From the NCBI GenBank assembly GCA_029762595.1, contig JARVGJ010000004.1, positions 8,205 through 72,204 on the forward strand: DNA of 64,000 bases, written 5' to 3'. Numbering within the stretch: position 1 is the first letter of the stretch; each line of letters begins with the position of its first letter. Shown here in pieces: positions 27,171-36,599 of this stretch. The position numbers and the translations under genes are program-made. The notes beneath the pieces were generated by a model. That model searched no databases. It saw only the letters and a list, made by a program, of their open reading frames with translations, and was not told the DNA's origin. The DNA is from Methanolobus sp. Lineage in GTDB: Archaea; Halobacteriota; Methanosarcinia; Methanosarcinales; Methanosarcinaceae.

Positions 27171-28763
27171 TCAACTGTCAAGGATATCCTCAGCAATATC
27201 CCGGTATGCATCCATTACATAAGCAATACCTGATATCTTTGCAGCTTCCTCGCTGAGTGCCATTACATCATTGCGTGAGATCGTAGACACATTGAATTTA
27301 CGGGAACCTGCCATTAATTGTTGTAATCCTACCTTGATCCTCTCGGCATATGAATAAATACCTACAGCCCCAAGAGGGATGCATTCCATATCTTTGCCAT
27401 ACCTGTCTTTAAGTTCTTCATAATGTACAAAGATCTCTTCCTTGGTATTCCCGAACTCTGAAACTGTCTTTGGAAGGTCATTTTCCTCTAGCCACTTACC
27501 TATGTTCTTCCCCACCATACCAGGAATCATCAGTCCACGACCCATACATACAGCTTTGAAATAAGGAGCACCCATTGCAAGTGCTTTGTAGACTCCATCC
27601 TCACTGGAAAAACCTCCGGCTATTGCCAGGTCAGGTACTCTTTTCCTGCGGTTTGAAAGCCTTTGGGCAAATTCATAGATCATTGCCTGCAAGTAGAAAG
27701 TCGGAACCCCCCATTCCTCCATCATAGGCCATGGACTCATTCCGGTTCCTCCTGGTGCCCCATCATATGTTAGCAGATCGATCCTGGCCTCAGAGCTATA
27801 CTTTATGGCCATTGCGGTCTCTGCCATGGAATATGCTCCTGTCTTAAGTGTGATACGTTTAAAACCGAGATCTCTTAGCCTGTCACATTCTTCGCAGAAC
27901 CCTTCCTCAGTGACAAATCCAAGTCTGGAGTGACGTTCAAATTCCTTGATAGCACCTATTCTGAATGCTTCCTGCACAGAATGAAGCTCCGGATCAGGAG
28001 TTACTATATACCCCCTTCTCTTTAATTCGATGGCACGACCAATATCGTCTACCTTGATCTCACCACCAATGCATTTTGCTCCCTGTCCCCATTTAAGCTC
28101 AATGGTTTCCATCTCATGTTTGCCTGACAGATACTCTGCAACTCCCAGTTTTGTATCTTCTACATTCATCTGGACAAGCATTTCACCATATCCATCGTGG
28201 AACTTATTGTAAAGCCCTATTCTGCGATCCATTTCCGGAGACTCTTTGACAAGGTTATCGCTTCCTAGTTTCAATTCAGGGTCTACTCCACAAACATTCT
28301 CCCCACATACGATGGTAATACCCGAGATAGCAGCTCCGATAGCAAAGTGTTCCCAGTTATTTTTTGCAATATCGGTCGAACCGAGTGCACCGGTGAAAAT
28401 TGGCACCTTCATTTTTACTTTCCGTCTCCATCCATACTCTGTTTCCGTGTTCACATTTGGGAACCTGGCTGTTTCCGGACCGGGGACTATTCCTTCCGGC
28501 ATACCCACCGCACCAACTGCATATCCCTGGATATTAAGATGTGAATAATCTACAGGGTAGTTCTTATCCCCACCAGCAGTAATCTCACCAAAAGGGCCCG
28601 GATATATTACTTCACGGCCCCTGAATGTTGATTTGAATATCTCACAATTTCCCCGGCACCCGTCTACACAACGTGTACAGATACCGGACATAGGTGTTAC
28701 GCTCTTTGAACGATTGAAGGTCCTGGTGGCTTCATTTGCATTTGGTTGTCTAAGGTTGACCAT
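27171..28763 (-). CDS. Glutamate synthase-related FMN-binding protein (GltB domain-2 type) with an N-terminal Cys cluster
   Basis: CTRCVDGCRGNCE at the N-terminus. The FMN barrel region reads DGAPGGTGMSPW...AIAGGFSSEDGVYKALAMGA. Confidence 0.75.
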   Translation of the reverse strand: MVNLRQPNANEATRTFNRSKSVTPMSGICTRCVDGCRGNCEIFKSTFRGREVIYPGPFGEITAGGDKNYPVDYSHLNIQGYAVGAVGMPEGIVPGPETARFPNVNTETEYGWRRKVKMKVPIFTGALGSTDIAKNNWEHFAIGAAISGITIVCGENVCGVDPELKLGSDNLVKESPEMDRRIGLYNKFHDGYGEMLVQMNVEDTKLGVAEYLSGKHEMETIELKWGQGAKCIGGEIKVDDIGRAIELKRRGYIVTPDPELHSVQEAFRIGAIKEFERHSRLGFVTEEGFCEECDRLRDLGFKRITLKTGAYSMAETAMAIKYSSEARIDLLTYDGAPGGTGMSPWPMMEEWGVPTFYLQAMIYEFAQRLSNRRKRVPDLAIAGGFSSEDGVYKALAMGAPYFKAVCMGRGLMIPGMVGKNIGKWLEENDLPKTVSEFGNTKEEIFVHYEELKDRYGKDMECIPLGAVGIYSYAERIKVGLQQLMAGSRKFNVSTISRNDVMALSEEAAKISGIAYVMDAYRDIAEDILDS

Positions 28764-29016
28764 ATTTGCACTTCCTCATTTAATATAGCAGTAGGATGTC
28801 GTTTAGCTAGTACTCGTATATAATTTTTATTATTAGACTATATGTATGAGCTACTAATAAAATCGCAGAGAACTAATCAATTTAAAAATAGTACTAGTAC
28901 ATTTGTACAGGTTTATTTTAGAAATCATGGAGAAACAGGATATAAACTCAATGATTATCGTATTTGTTTACTCCCCGGGAATATGATCATATTATTTTAT
29001 TGAAATACATATAGGA

Positions 29017-29358
29017 TTAGATTAAAATATTAATTAATACTTCCGACCGTATAAGGTACATGTAAAGTATGGTTCCCACAAAAATACTCAGCAAAGCATT
29101 ATTCTTCCATATATGAAGGCCTGCAACAATGAATATGCATAATAGTTCCGTAAGGCCGAAAGGTGCGATATCCCAGGCTACATCCCTAAGGCAATAAAGA
29201 ACAAGAAGTAGCATGATCATGGGTGGGAAATCGCGCTCGATCACTCTGAGATATTTTGGCTGCCTTCTGTTACTGAAGAACAGAAAAGGTAATGCTCTTG
29301 TAAAAGCAGTTATTAAAGCTGTCACCAGGACAACCAGGAGCAGATCATCATCAAGCAT
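29017..29358 (-). CDS. azlD: Branched-chain amino acid exporter small subunit AzlD
   Basis: Hydrophobic, about 113 aa, overlapping the azlC stop. ATG at 29358 follows a GGGGGG run; the track ORF starts at 29376. Confidence 0.75.
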   Translation of the reverse strand: MLDDDLLLVVLVTALITAFTRALPFLFFSNRRQPKYLRVIERDFPPMIMLLLVLYCLRDVAWDIAPFGLTELLCIFIVAGLHIWKNNALLSIFVGTILYMYLIRSEVLINILI

Positions 29359-30070
29359 CTTTTCGCCCCCCTTCATATGACATCAATAGCAAGGACCCTA
29401 TGATTATTGAAATGAGAAGCATGTTCCTGCTCTCTGCGAAGATCATAGCCAGCCCTCCTGCAATAAGGGCTGCAATAAAAGGAAACTTTGTCCTTGCAGT
29501 ACGATACTGCTCAATGCTTAAGACAACAAAAAGTGCTGTCAGTGCAAATTCCAGTCCACTCAGATCAATATCCATGAACTGGCCGATCAAAGCACCGAGA
29601 AGAGAACCAGTTACCCAGTATAGATGATTAAGCCCGGTTATATATCCATAGATCATCGGTGCAGGAGCATTTTCAGATACATGAGTTCCTGTGATCAAGG
29701 CATATGTCTCATCGGTCATACCAAAGATGAGATAAGGTTTTATCTTTCCGGTCCTTGCAAAACGGTTGATAAGTGAAAGGCCGAAAAAAGAGTGGCGCAG
29801 ATTTAAAAAAAGCATTGAAAGGACAATTTCGATCATGCCTGCACCGGCAACGGTTAGTGCAACTGCAAGGAATTGCCCTGCTCCAGAGAATATAAGTAAG
29901 CTCATCAGCACGGAATATCCCCAGTGGAACCCATAATGTGTGACCAGCAATCCAAAGGCTATCCCAAGTGGTATGTATCCGAACATAACCGGAATCGTTT
30001 TTCTGAAAGCTTGCAACATGGAGCTTTTATGTTCATCTTCTATACAAAGTACCTCCTGTTCACCTTCCAT
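29351..30070 (-). CDS. azlC: Branched-chain amino acid exporter AzlC
   Basis: AzlC-type polytopic protein with the FSGAGQFLAV motif. Confidence 0.85.
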   Translation of the reverse strand: MEGEQEVLCIEDEHKSSMLQAFRKTIPVMFGYIPLGIAFGLLVTHYGFHWGYSVLMSLLIFSGAGQFLAVALTVAGAGMIEIVLSMLFLNLRHSFFGLSLINRFARTGKIKPYLIFGMTDETYALITGTHVSENAPAPMIYGYITGLNHLYWVTGSLLGALIGQFMDIDLSGLEFALTALFVVLSIEQYRTARTKFPFIAALIAGGLAMIFAESRNMLLISIIIGSLLLMSYEGGRKDA

Positions 30071-30184
30071 CCCATTAGGTAAAATCGTTTTTGTACTTCA
30101 GGTTTTTTATTCACCCTGGAAAAGACATCAGATTGGATTCTTGTCTCAGTAGAAAACCGATTATGCATAATTTGTGAACCGCAG

Positions 30185-30324
30185 ATACACTCACCTCTTA
30201 CAGAGTTGAGTGCCTGCTAAACCTCCGTTTAGCAGGTAACGCTGATGCACGCGATATTTTTCATCTGCGTTACCTGCTATACGACTGATTAGCAGGCACT
30301 CAACTCCGTAGTAGGTGAGTGTAT
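30185..30324. promoter_or_regulatory. 140-nt nested palindrome (or paired operator sites) in the divergent azlC / GDT1 promoter region
   Basis: Outer arms: 30185-30196 pairs with 30313-30324 (12 bp), and 30204-30220 pairs with 30289-30305 (17 bp), across a 7x7 internal loop. Inner hairpin: 30230-30247 pairs with 30262-30279 (18 bp, one mismatch), with a 14-nt loop. The motif TTAGCAGG/CCTGCTAA occurs four times in alternating orientation. Confidence 0.6.
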
Positions 30325-30414
30325 GCGTATTAATCTGTGGTTTGTTAATAAAGAAAGGATTTCTACAGAGCCGGATTCTTTATAATTTATATATTAGATT
30401 GCTGATTAAGCTAC

Positions 30415-30966
30415 ATGTTCCAGGATATATTTATTCCGTTTTTACTTGTCGGACTTGCAGAGCTTGGTGACAAGACACAACTTGCAGTACTTATCCTTTC
30501 TACCAAGACAAGAAAATATGCATCCCTCCTTGCCGGGGTGATGCTTGCATTTGCCTTGACTGATGGTCTTGCAATACTTTTTGGTAATCTCATAGCGAAT
30601 AGCCTGCCCATGGATTATGTACGCATAGGTGCAGGCATGCTGTTCATTGTCTTTGGACTTGCTACCTTGTTGAATAAAGAAGAAGAGGACATCGATACCT
30701 CTTATGAGTTGAAGAATCCTTTTATGTCAGCTTTTGGCCTTATACTGGTAGCTGAAATGGGCGATAAGACACAGCTTGCATCGGCTCTCTTTGCCACACA
30801 ATATAATCCCCTTCCTGTATTCATAGGTGTGATGCTGGCATTGTTCCTTCTGTCCTGCATGACCGTGTATATAGGAAAGGTGATGATGGAGAGGATCAAT
30901 AAGAAAACTATATCCAATGCTGCAGGAATACTGTTTCTTGTGATAGGCATTTCCTTCTTCTTTTGA
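30415..30966 (+). CDS. UPF0016 / GDT1 / TMEM165-family cation (Ca2+/Mn2+) transporter
   Basis: Two copies of the E-x-G-D-K-T/S motif (AELGDKTQLA and AEMGDKTQLA) in a two-repeat membrane protein. Confidence 0.85.
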   Translation: MFQDIFIPFLLVGLAELGDKTQLAVLILSTKTRKYASLLAGVMLAFALTDGLAILFGNLIANSLPMDYVRIGAGMLFIVFGLATLLNKEEEDIDTSYELKNPFMSAFGLILVAEMGDKTQLASALFATQYNPLPVFIGVMLALFLLSCMTVYIGKVMMERINKKTISNAAGILFLVIGISFFF

Positions 30967-31047
30967 AGGAAAGTGTTATTTTGTTTTTAAAAATATGGGA
31001 TAAATTAATAAGGCAACCACATCAATCTGGAATAGGGAGGTTTTATC

Positions 31048-31266
31048 ATAGTACACATACTACGGTGCAGGGATCTTGGATTCAATGATGATTTCATTGT
31101 CATAGATAATGACGCAAAAAAAGCAAAGGAAAGAATGATAGAACATGTAAAGGTCAAGCATAAGGATGAATTCGAGATACTTTCAGATTTCCATCAGGAA
31201 GAGATCATTTCTAAAATTGACTTTCTGCTTACACGCGGTTGTGGCTGTGGGGTACTTAAACTGTGA
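31048..31266 (+). CDS. DUF1059-like small protein, apparently with a non-canonical start codon
   Basis: Not in the ORF track. The frame reads IVHILRCRDLGFNDDFIVIDNDAKKAKERMIEHVKVKHKDEFE...GCGCGVLKL, then TGA (31264-31266). It is bounded upstream by TAG (31033-31035). GGGAGG (31035-31040) is followed only by ATC (31045) and ATA (31048). The first in-frame ATG would delete the conserved LRCRDLG segment. Confidence 0.5.
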   Translation: MVHILRCRDLGFNDDFIVIDNDAKKAKERMIEHVKVKHKDEFEILSDFHQEEIISKIDFLLTRGCGCGVLKL

Positions 31267-31274
31267 TAATGGTT

Positions 31275-31508
31275 TCACTTATCCTTAGTGTTTTTATCAC
31301 CTCTTGATCTGTAAAAGATGTAGATTGCGGCAAAAACAAGTGGCAAGCCAATTCCAATCAACAGTTTACCGTGCCCATACTGGATCTGATCGAGAGCCTT
31401 GGTCCCAAGCAGCTCATTCCCGGTTTCGGAAACAACCCCAGAGAACAGGAACAACAGCATTATTGTCAGTAAAGTGATACCGATTATGAGGTATCTGTTA
31501 TATTTCAT
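31275..31508 (-). CDS. Small membrane protein (2 TM helices)
   Basis: MKYNRYLIIGITLLTIMLLFLFSG... The ATG at 31508 is preceded by GGGTGGGAT. The track ORF extends to 31583. Confidence 0.5.
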   Translation of the reverse strand: MKYNRYLIIGITLLTIMLLFLFSGVVSETGNELLGTKALDQIQYGHGKLLIGIGLPLVFAAIYIFYRSRGDKNTKDK

Positions 31509-31663
31509 ATCCCACCCTATGTTTGTTATTTCGTATAAGTAATAAATGTTGTGTTTTTTGCCATAATAATTTGGGCAGTTCACACATATTTTTCAGAAAA
31601 AGGGACATTTCCACACTTTAATTACTATAATCGAAAAATCATCCCTGTCTTTTAATCATAAGG

Positions 31664-31670
31664 TTTTTAT
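31664..31670 (+). promoter_or_regulatory. TATA-like box for the RNase P RNA gene
   Basis: TTTTTAT centred about 25 nt upstream of the predicted 5-prime end of the RNA (about 31691). Confidence 0.35.
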
Positions 31671-31690
31671 CACTTGATATCCTGCCTATA

Positions 31691-32080
31691 GCTGAGAGAG
31701 GAAGGACGGCCGCCGGGTCATTTGACCTGAGGAAAGTCTCCCCACCTTCTAAACACACGAATGCCCGTAAAGGGCATCTGGCGAGAGCCTGGGCAGTTGC
31801 TTTGCAACTCGTGCAGTCTTCTGCACGCTGGCACAGAAACGAGACCGTACCATGTTAATGCTGTGATGCTTAACGGCTGAGGTCGCATGGAATACGGATG
31901 GAACGGCGAATCCTCGTGGGTGCAAGTCAGAAGTAGGGGCACAATGGTTGTTTGGACCATGCCCGAAGTTTAATGGACGCGTAGCCGAATGCCGTCAATG
32001 CAGCTCTTATGAGCGCATCATCCTGCCAGACAGGATGAATGTATTGCATCAACAGAAGGGAGCTTACTCTCCTCACTCAT
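31691..32080 (+). ncRNA. rnpB: RNase P RNA, archaeal type A
   Basis: P4 5-prime strand CCTGAGGAAAGTCTCCCC (about 31727-31744) and P4 3-prime strand AACAGAAGGGAGCTTAC (32051-32067). Also GGCACAGAAACGAGACCG, GGAACGGCGAATCC, GGGTGCAAG and GTAGCCGAATGCC. P1 pairs TGAGAGAGGA (31693-31702) with TCCTCACTCA (32070-32079). A T6 run at 32091-32096 is the likely terminator. Ends are accurate to about 10 nt. Confidence 0.88.
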
Positions 32081-32161
32081 TACATTATTCTTTTTTCAAC
32101 TATCTTTAATTAAAATAAGGACCAGAAATTTAATGAGATATTTACAGGTATATGACAGATT

Positions 32162-32782
32162 TTAATCCGAAAGCATTTCCAGTGTTTCAAGAACCAGCCC
32201 ATAATCGACTTCCGTGTTAAAACAGCCATCATTTAGCATAGGAATACCATATGCGACTATACTTTTGCCCTTAAGCCCCATCATTACCTTGTTAAGTTCA
32301 TAGTCACAGGCTATCAGCAAGGCTGCATCATAATATTTTTCTTGTATCGCATGTTTTACGAATGAAGAGCCGGTTACAATGTAGAGGTCATACCCATATT
32401 TAGAGGCATCTTCCTTGAGCCTTGTAAATATACATTTGCCACAGGAAACACATTGAATGCCCGTTCTGGTAGATGATGCAGGGCATTCCATGGAACGCAT
32501 GCAGTGAGGAGCTATGATCATGCGATTGCTTGTTTTCCTGAAAGCGTTCCTGCTTGCGATGTTCTTAAGAGATACCATCCATTTATCAAGTATACGCGGA
32601 TCTGAGAACTTAAAAAAGAAATACTTCAAAGGCATATAGAAAAAGTCCAGTACACCTGCAAAGAATCCTGATAGCCACACATGCCTGTTAAGACTGAGAC
32701 GACTGACAGCAAGTGCAATGAGTGCAAGCAGGAAGGAGATAATAAGGATAAGGGAAACTATTTCCCCGATGAACTCATACAT
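32162..32782 (-). CDS. DUF116-like membrane-anchored Cys-rich protein (paralog 2)
   Basis: N-terminal TM helices followed by APHCMRSMECPASSTRTGIQCVSCGKC. It overlaps its upstream paralog by 8 nt. Confidence 0.6.
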   Translation of the reverse strand: MYEFIGEIVSLILIISFLLALIALAVSRLSLNRHVWLSGFFAGVLDFFYMPLKYFFFKFSDPRILDKWMVSLKNIASRNAFRKTSNRMIIAPHCMRSMECPASSTRTGIQCVSCGKCIFTRLKEDASKYGYDLYIVTGSSFVKHAIQEKYYDAALLIACDYELNKVMMGLKGKSIVAYGIPMLNDGCFNTEVDYGLVLETLEMLSD

Positions 32783-33413
32783 TACATTCCTCCATTTTAC
32801 GGATCACTTCATCAACATCAACTTTTGTGTTATAACAGCCATCCTGTAAAAGTGATACTCCCTGTACTATCATAAATGGTGATGCACCCTGCATCGACTC
32901 TGCAAGTTCCGGATAACATGCCACCCCTATGCAGCTTTCAGGCCTGTGTGCTTTGATGATCTTCTTTACAAAACTCCCACCGGGAATAACATAAACCTCA
33001 AAACCTCTCTCTTCTGCAGCTTCACAGATAGCTCCTATATCACAGAGCCCGCATCTTTTACATTCATACCCTATAACAGGATCGCAGCGGGCCTTACAAT
33101 TGGGATCCCTCAGGCACTGCGGCAGGAATATGACCTTCCCGTTCTTAATTTCCCTGAAACCTTCAATCATCACTGCGTTGCGGACCTCTACAAGGATCTC
33201 ATCGACTATCGTGTCTTTGATACCGAATATTCTGCATATCCATTTTGCAGGACCGTAGAAAAGATAGAGAATGAAAAGAATGAAATTTGGGAACAATATC
33301 CGTTGTTTCCTGAAAGTATATGCTCCCAGCAATAATGCCAGCCCCACCACTATAAGCGCAGCTATTGCAATTACTACAAATACCTTACCAAGCAATTCAT
33401 AGGGGATTTGCAT
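32775..33413 (-). CDS. DUF116-like membrane-anchored Cys-rich protein (paralog 1)
   Basis: Same architecture as the neighbour: LPQCLRDPNCKARCDPVIGYECKRCGLCDI, and a shared C-terminal ...DGC(Y/F)NT(K/E)VD motif. Confidence 0.6.
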   Translation of the reverse strand: MQIPYELLGKVFVVIAIAALIVVGLALLLGAYTFRKQRILFPNFILFILYLFYGPAKWICRIFGIKDTIVDEILVEVRNAVMIEGFREIKNGKVIFLPQCLRDPNCKARCDPVIGYECKRCGLCDIGAICEAAEERGFEVYVIPGGSFVKKIIKAHRPESCIGVACYPELAESMQGASPFMIVQGVSLLQDGCYNTKVDVDEVIRKMEECNV

Positions 33414-33484
33414 GAGAAGATAGATAGTACTGATAAGTATATTCGACTTGCCCTGAAAAATAAAGAAATATCAGAGTGAATTGA

Positions 33485-34732
33485 TCACTCTGCTGGTGTG
33501 TCACTAAGATCGATGCCCATCGCTTCTGCAACCAGAACAATGACATCCTCTACGTCAAGTTCCTTTGCACCAATTGCATCCCTTCCATCACTGAGGTTCC
33601 TCTTACAGAAAGGACATGCACTTGAAAGGATATCAGCATTTGTTGCCAGTGCATCTTCAACACGTGTTGATGCGACACCAAGTGCAAGATCAGGAATACC
33701 TGCCTTCACACCACCGCCAGCTCCGCAGCAGCGCTGGTTATCTTCTATTCTTTCCATCTCTATGAACTCTATCCCAGGGATGGATTCAAGGACAGCTCTG
33801 GGAGGTTCGAAAACACCTACGTGGCGGCCAAGATGGCATGGGTCATGGTATGTGACCTTCTTGTCAATTGATTTTTCCCATTTGATCTCACCTTTTTCTA
33901 TGAGCTCCTGAAGGAATTGTGTGATATGGACGACCTTGAAAGGAAGTTCCTGTCCTGTGAGCCTTGGCCAGTCTACAAGTGATGCCCTGTAACATCCAGC
34001 ACATGCATAGAGCACTGTCTTTGCACCTTTTGCCTTGATGTTATCAATGTTCTTCTGTGCATTGACCTTTGCAGTATCGTTTATGAAATACTGGCCTGTC
34101 CTTATAAGTGCAGATCCGCAGCATATCTCATCCTCTCCAAGCATTGTGAACTTGATACCAAGCTTGTTGAGTACACGTGCAGTCGCAAGTGCAAGCTTCC
34201 TCTGCCTGAGTTCAGCAGTACAGCCTCCAAAATAGAGTACTTCTGCCTTGTCTTCGATCTTGACATCTTCAGGGAACCAGTTGGTCCTGTCCTTATTATC
34301 TGCCATGTATGGATTCTTGTATTCGCCTATTAGCTTAAGGAAAGCCCCTTGTTTACCGAAGGGACCGTTGCCGCGTTTTACAAGGTTTGCACGCATGGAT
34401 TCCCAGAGTTCGACTGTGTTAATAGCGGATTCACAAACCGTGGCACACATTCCGCAGGTGGTACAGCCGTATACATCATTCTTAAACTGCTCTATCTCTT
34501 CCTCAGGTATTGCTTTTGGCCCAAATAACTTTGCACGAAGACCATAGGACTTATTGATGTATTCTCTCCACCTGAGGATCTTATCCCTTGGTGCAAGTCC
34601 CGGATCTCTGCCAGATGCATCGTACGTGGGACACCAGTCCACACATTCACCGCAGCGACTGCATGAATCAAGTTCCATGAGCTGGACCGCTGTAAAGTTC
34701 TCCGTATTAATAGAAGGTTCACGTTTTGCCAT
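33485..34732 (-). CDS. hdrD: Heterodisulfide reductase subunit D (methanophenazine-dependent HdrED)
   Basis: Two ferredoxin-type motifs ([24 protein letters not shown]) and two CCG domains ([19 protein letters not shown]). ATG at 34732 follows GGAGGAG; the track ORF starts at 34765. Confidence 0.9.
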   Translation of the reverse strand: MAKREPSINTENFTAVQLMELDSCSRCGECVDWCPTYDASGRDPGLAPRDKILRWREYINKSYGLRAKLFGPKAIPEEEIEQFKNDVYGCTTCGMCATVCESAINTVELWESMRANLVKRGNGPFGKQGAFLKLIGEYKNPYMADNKDRTNWFPEDVKIEDKAEVLYFGGCTAELRQRKLALATARVLNKLGIKFTMLGEDEICCGSALIRTGQYFINDTAKVNAQKNIDNIKAKGAKTVLYACAGCYRASLVDWPRLTGQELPFKVVHITQFLQELIEKGEIKWEKSIDKKVTYHDPCHLGRHVGVFEPPRAVLESIPGIEFIEMERIEDNQRCCGAGGGVKAGIPDLALGVASTRVEDALATNADILSSACPFCKRNLSDGRDAIGAKELDVEDVIVLVAEAMGIDLSDTPAE

Positions 34733-34733
34733 T

Positions 34734-35525
34734 TTATTCTCCTCCTTTGTTTGCAAGGAGTGCAAGTGGTATTGCTATCATATGTATGTATTTACTGAAA
34801 GGGATGTATGCGATACAGAACAGCAGTGAGATAATAACATGGAAAAGAGCTGCTGGTGGTGCCCATTCAAATGGTAAACCGAATCCCCAGAACCTGCCTG
34901 TCCTGATACCATCTGCAACGAACCCTGTAATTACGATGAGGGTAAGTCCTGAAAGGAGAATTGAGTCGTATGCTATAGTGGCTTCCCTGACCTTTGCAAC
35001 GAACAGTCTTCTGTAAATGGCAATGATTATGCCTGTGAGCAGTATATAACTGAAGATATCGTTGGGTACAGCGAGCATCTCTCTGAACAAGGATGGATCA
35101 AGAGTGTGAATCCCGAACTGACCGGCTATCATATATGTCATCTCTACTGCAAACATCAGAAGTGACAATAAGAACAAGGTCATCCAGCCTACAAAAATAG
35201 TGAAATGCATGAACCATCTAAGTGGACTCCTTCTCAGTATCCTCCTCTGGAAGATTATGTCAAGAACAAAAGTTTCAAGCACCGACTGGTTATGAACATG
35301 TGCATGTTCATTCATCTGGTACATAAGCATCTTTGGGAATGCCAAGATGCTTTTTGAGGGTGACTGACCATACCCGGTGGAGCCCATACCCCACTTCTTC
35401 AAGTTCATATACATTCCTATTAAAAAGATACCTATAGCCAGGTTTGCCAAGATCATTATCTGTACAAAAGTAATCCGTAATATATCGCCATTCACAGGCA
35501 GACCTGAAAAATACTCCATAGCCAT
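34734..35525 (-). CDS. hdrE: Heterodisulfide reductase subunit E (b-type cytochrome membrane anchor)
   Basis: NarI-like polytopic protein immediately upstream of hdrD, with 1 nt between its stop and the hdrD start. ATG at 35525 (MAMEYFSG...) follows GGAGA; the track ORF extends to 35621. Confidence 0.85.
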   Translation of the reverse strand: MAMEYFSGLPVNGDILRITFVQIMILANLAIGIFLIGMYMNLKKWGMGSTGYGQSPSKSILAFPKMLMYQMNEHAHVHNQSVLETFVLDIIFQRRILRRSPLRWFMHFTIFVGWMTLFLLSLLMFAVEMTYMIAGQFGIHTLDPSLFREMLAVPNDIFSYILLTGIIIAIYRRLFVAKVREATIAYDSILLSGLTLIVITGFVADGIRTGRFWGFGLPFEWAPPAALFHVIISLLFCIAYIPFSKYIHMIAIPLALLANKGGE

Positions 35526-35787
35526 TTGATTTTCTCCTGATATCAATATAAGCTTATAATTAATACTAGAACTGTAATCATTTTTCGCGTGTTTACTTAT
35601 AAGTAACCGGTTTGGTTGCATGACTGTAGTGTCTATTATATTTAAAGATTTTCATCAAGGAAACTCTATCGGTAGCCATAATGCCCCACACACTACCAAC
35701 CAGGAAATGTATGAGATAATTAAACTTATATGCAGTTACACTAAAGTAGTGCAAATATCACAAGAAACGATAGGTCGTATAGGTCAT

Positions 35788-36519
35788 ATGGATATCAGAA
35801 TAGTACTTGTCGAACCCCTGTACCAGGGAAATGTTGGCTCTGTCGCAAGGGCGATGAAGAATTTTGATTTCTCAGATCTTGTACTTGTGAATCCATGCAA
35901 GCTTGAAGGGGAAGCAAGAGCCATGTCCTCACATGCAAGGGACATCCTTGAGAATGCAAAGATAGTCTCAACCCTTGAAGAGGCCATAGATGATCGCAGT
36001 ATTTTAATAGGCACCACAGGCATCGCAGGCTCCAGATATGATTTTCACCTGCGTGTACCGGGATATTCCCCTGCAGAGGTAAAAGAGCGCCTCACGGGAA
36101 GGGATGGAAAAGTGGCAATTCTGTTTGGGCGTGAGGATAATGGTTTCACAAAAGAGGAACTGAAAAAATGTGATATGATAATGACAATCCCGACATCAGA
36201 GATATATCCTGTAATGAATCTTTCCCACGCTGTAGCTGTTATCCTTTACGAGTTCAGTGACCTTACAGGAGGAGACGCGCCCTTGGCAGATGCCTTGGAT
36301 ATGAGAGTATTCTACGAGCATCTTGAAGAACTTCTTGATGATATCGATTATCCGGAACATAAAAAAGAAAAGACAAAACTGATGCTCAAAAGGATATTTG
36401 GCAGATCTTGCCTCCTTTCCAGGGAAGTGCACACACTGCACGGCATACTAAACCGTGCTCAAAGGCACTATATCAGAGAAGGACAGCATGATAATGACCT
36501 GATTGATGAGCATGCCTGA
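35788..36519 (+). CDS. SpoU/TrmH-class RNA 2-prime-O-methyltransferase (TrmJ-like)
   Basis: MDIRIVLVEPLYQGNVGSVARAMKNFDF and LFGREDNGF...IPT...MNLSHAVAVILYE motifs. The true start is taken at ATG 35788; the track ORF starts at 35620. Confidence 0.8.
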   Translation: MDIRIVLVEPLYQGNVGSVARAMKNFDFSDLVLVNPCKLEGEARAMSSHARDILENAKIVSTLEEAIDDRSILIGTTGIAGSRYDFHLRVPGYSPAEVKERLTGRDGKVAILFGREDNGFTKEELKKCDMIMTIPTSEIYPVMNLSHAVAVILYEFSDLTGGDAPLADALDMRVFYEHLEELLDDIDYPEHKKEKTKLMLKRIFGRSCLLSREVHTLHGILNRAQRHYIREGQHDNDLIDEHA

Positions 36520-36599
36520 GATAAGCTTCGAAATATTCATATCATTTGAAGCCCATGTTGGATTCCTTAAATGACTTTTAACTAATTGTTTGTGTAAAA

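Noticed and set aside
30185-30324. Mn2+ (yybP-ykoY-type) riboswitch upstream of the GDT1/UPF0016 exporter
   Set aside because: The conserved four-way-junction sequence features of that riboswitch were not recognisable. Long perfect palindromic arms are atypical for riboswitches, so it is kept only as a generic regulatory or palindromic element.
31718-31960. 80-aa minus-strand ORF
   Set aside because: It lies entirely inside the RNase P RNA gene, whose conserved P4 and other elements are unambiguous on the + strand. It has no RBS and a non-protein-like composition.
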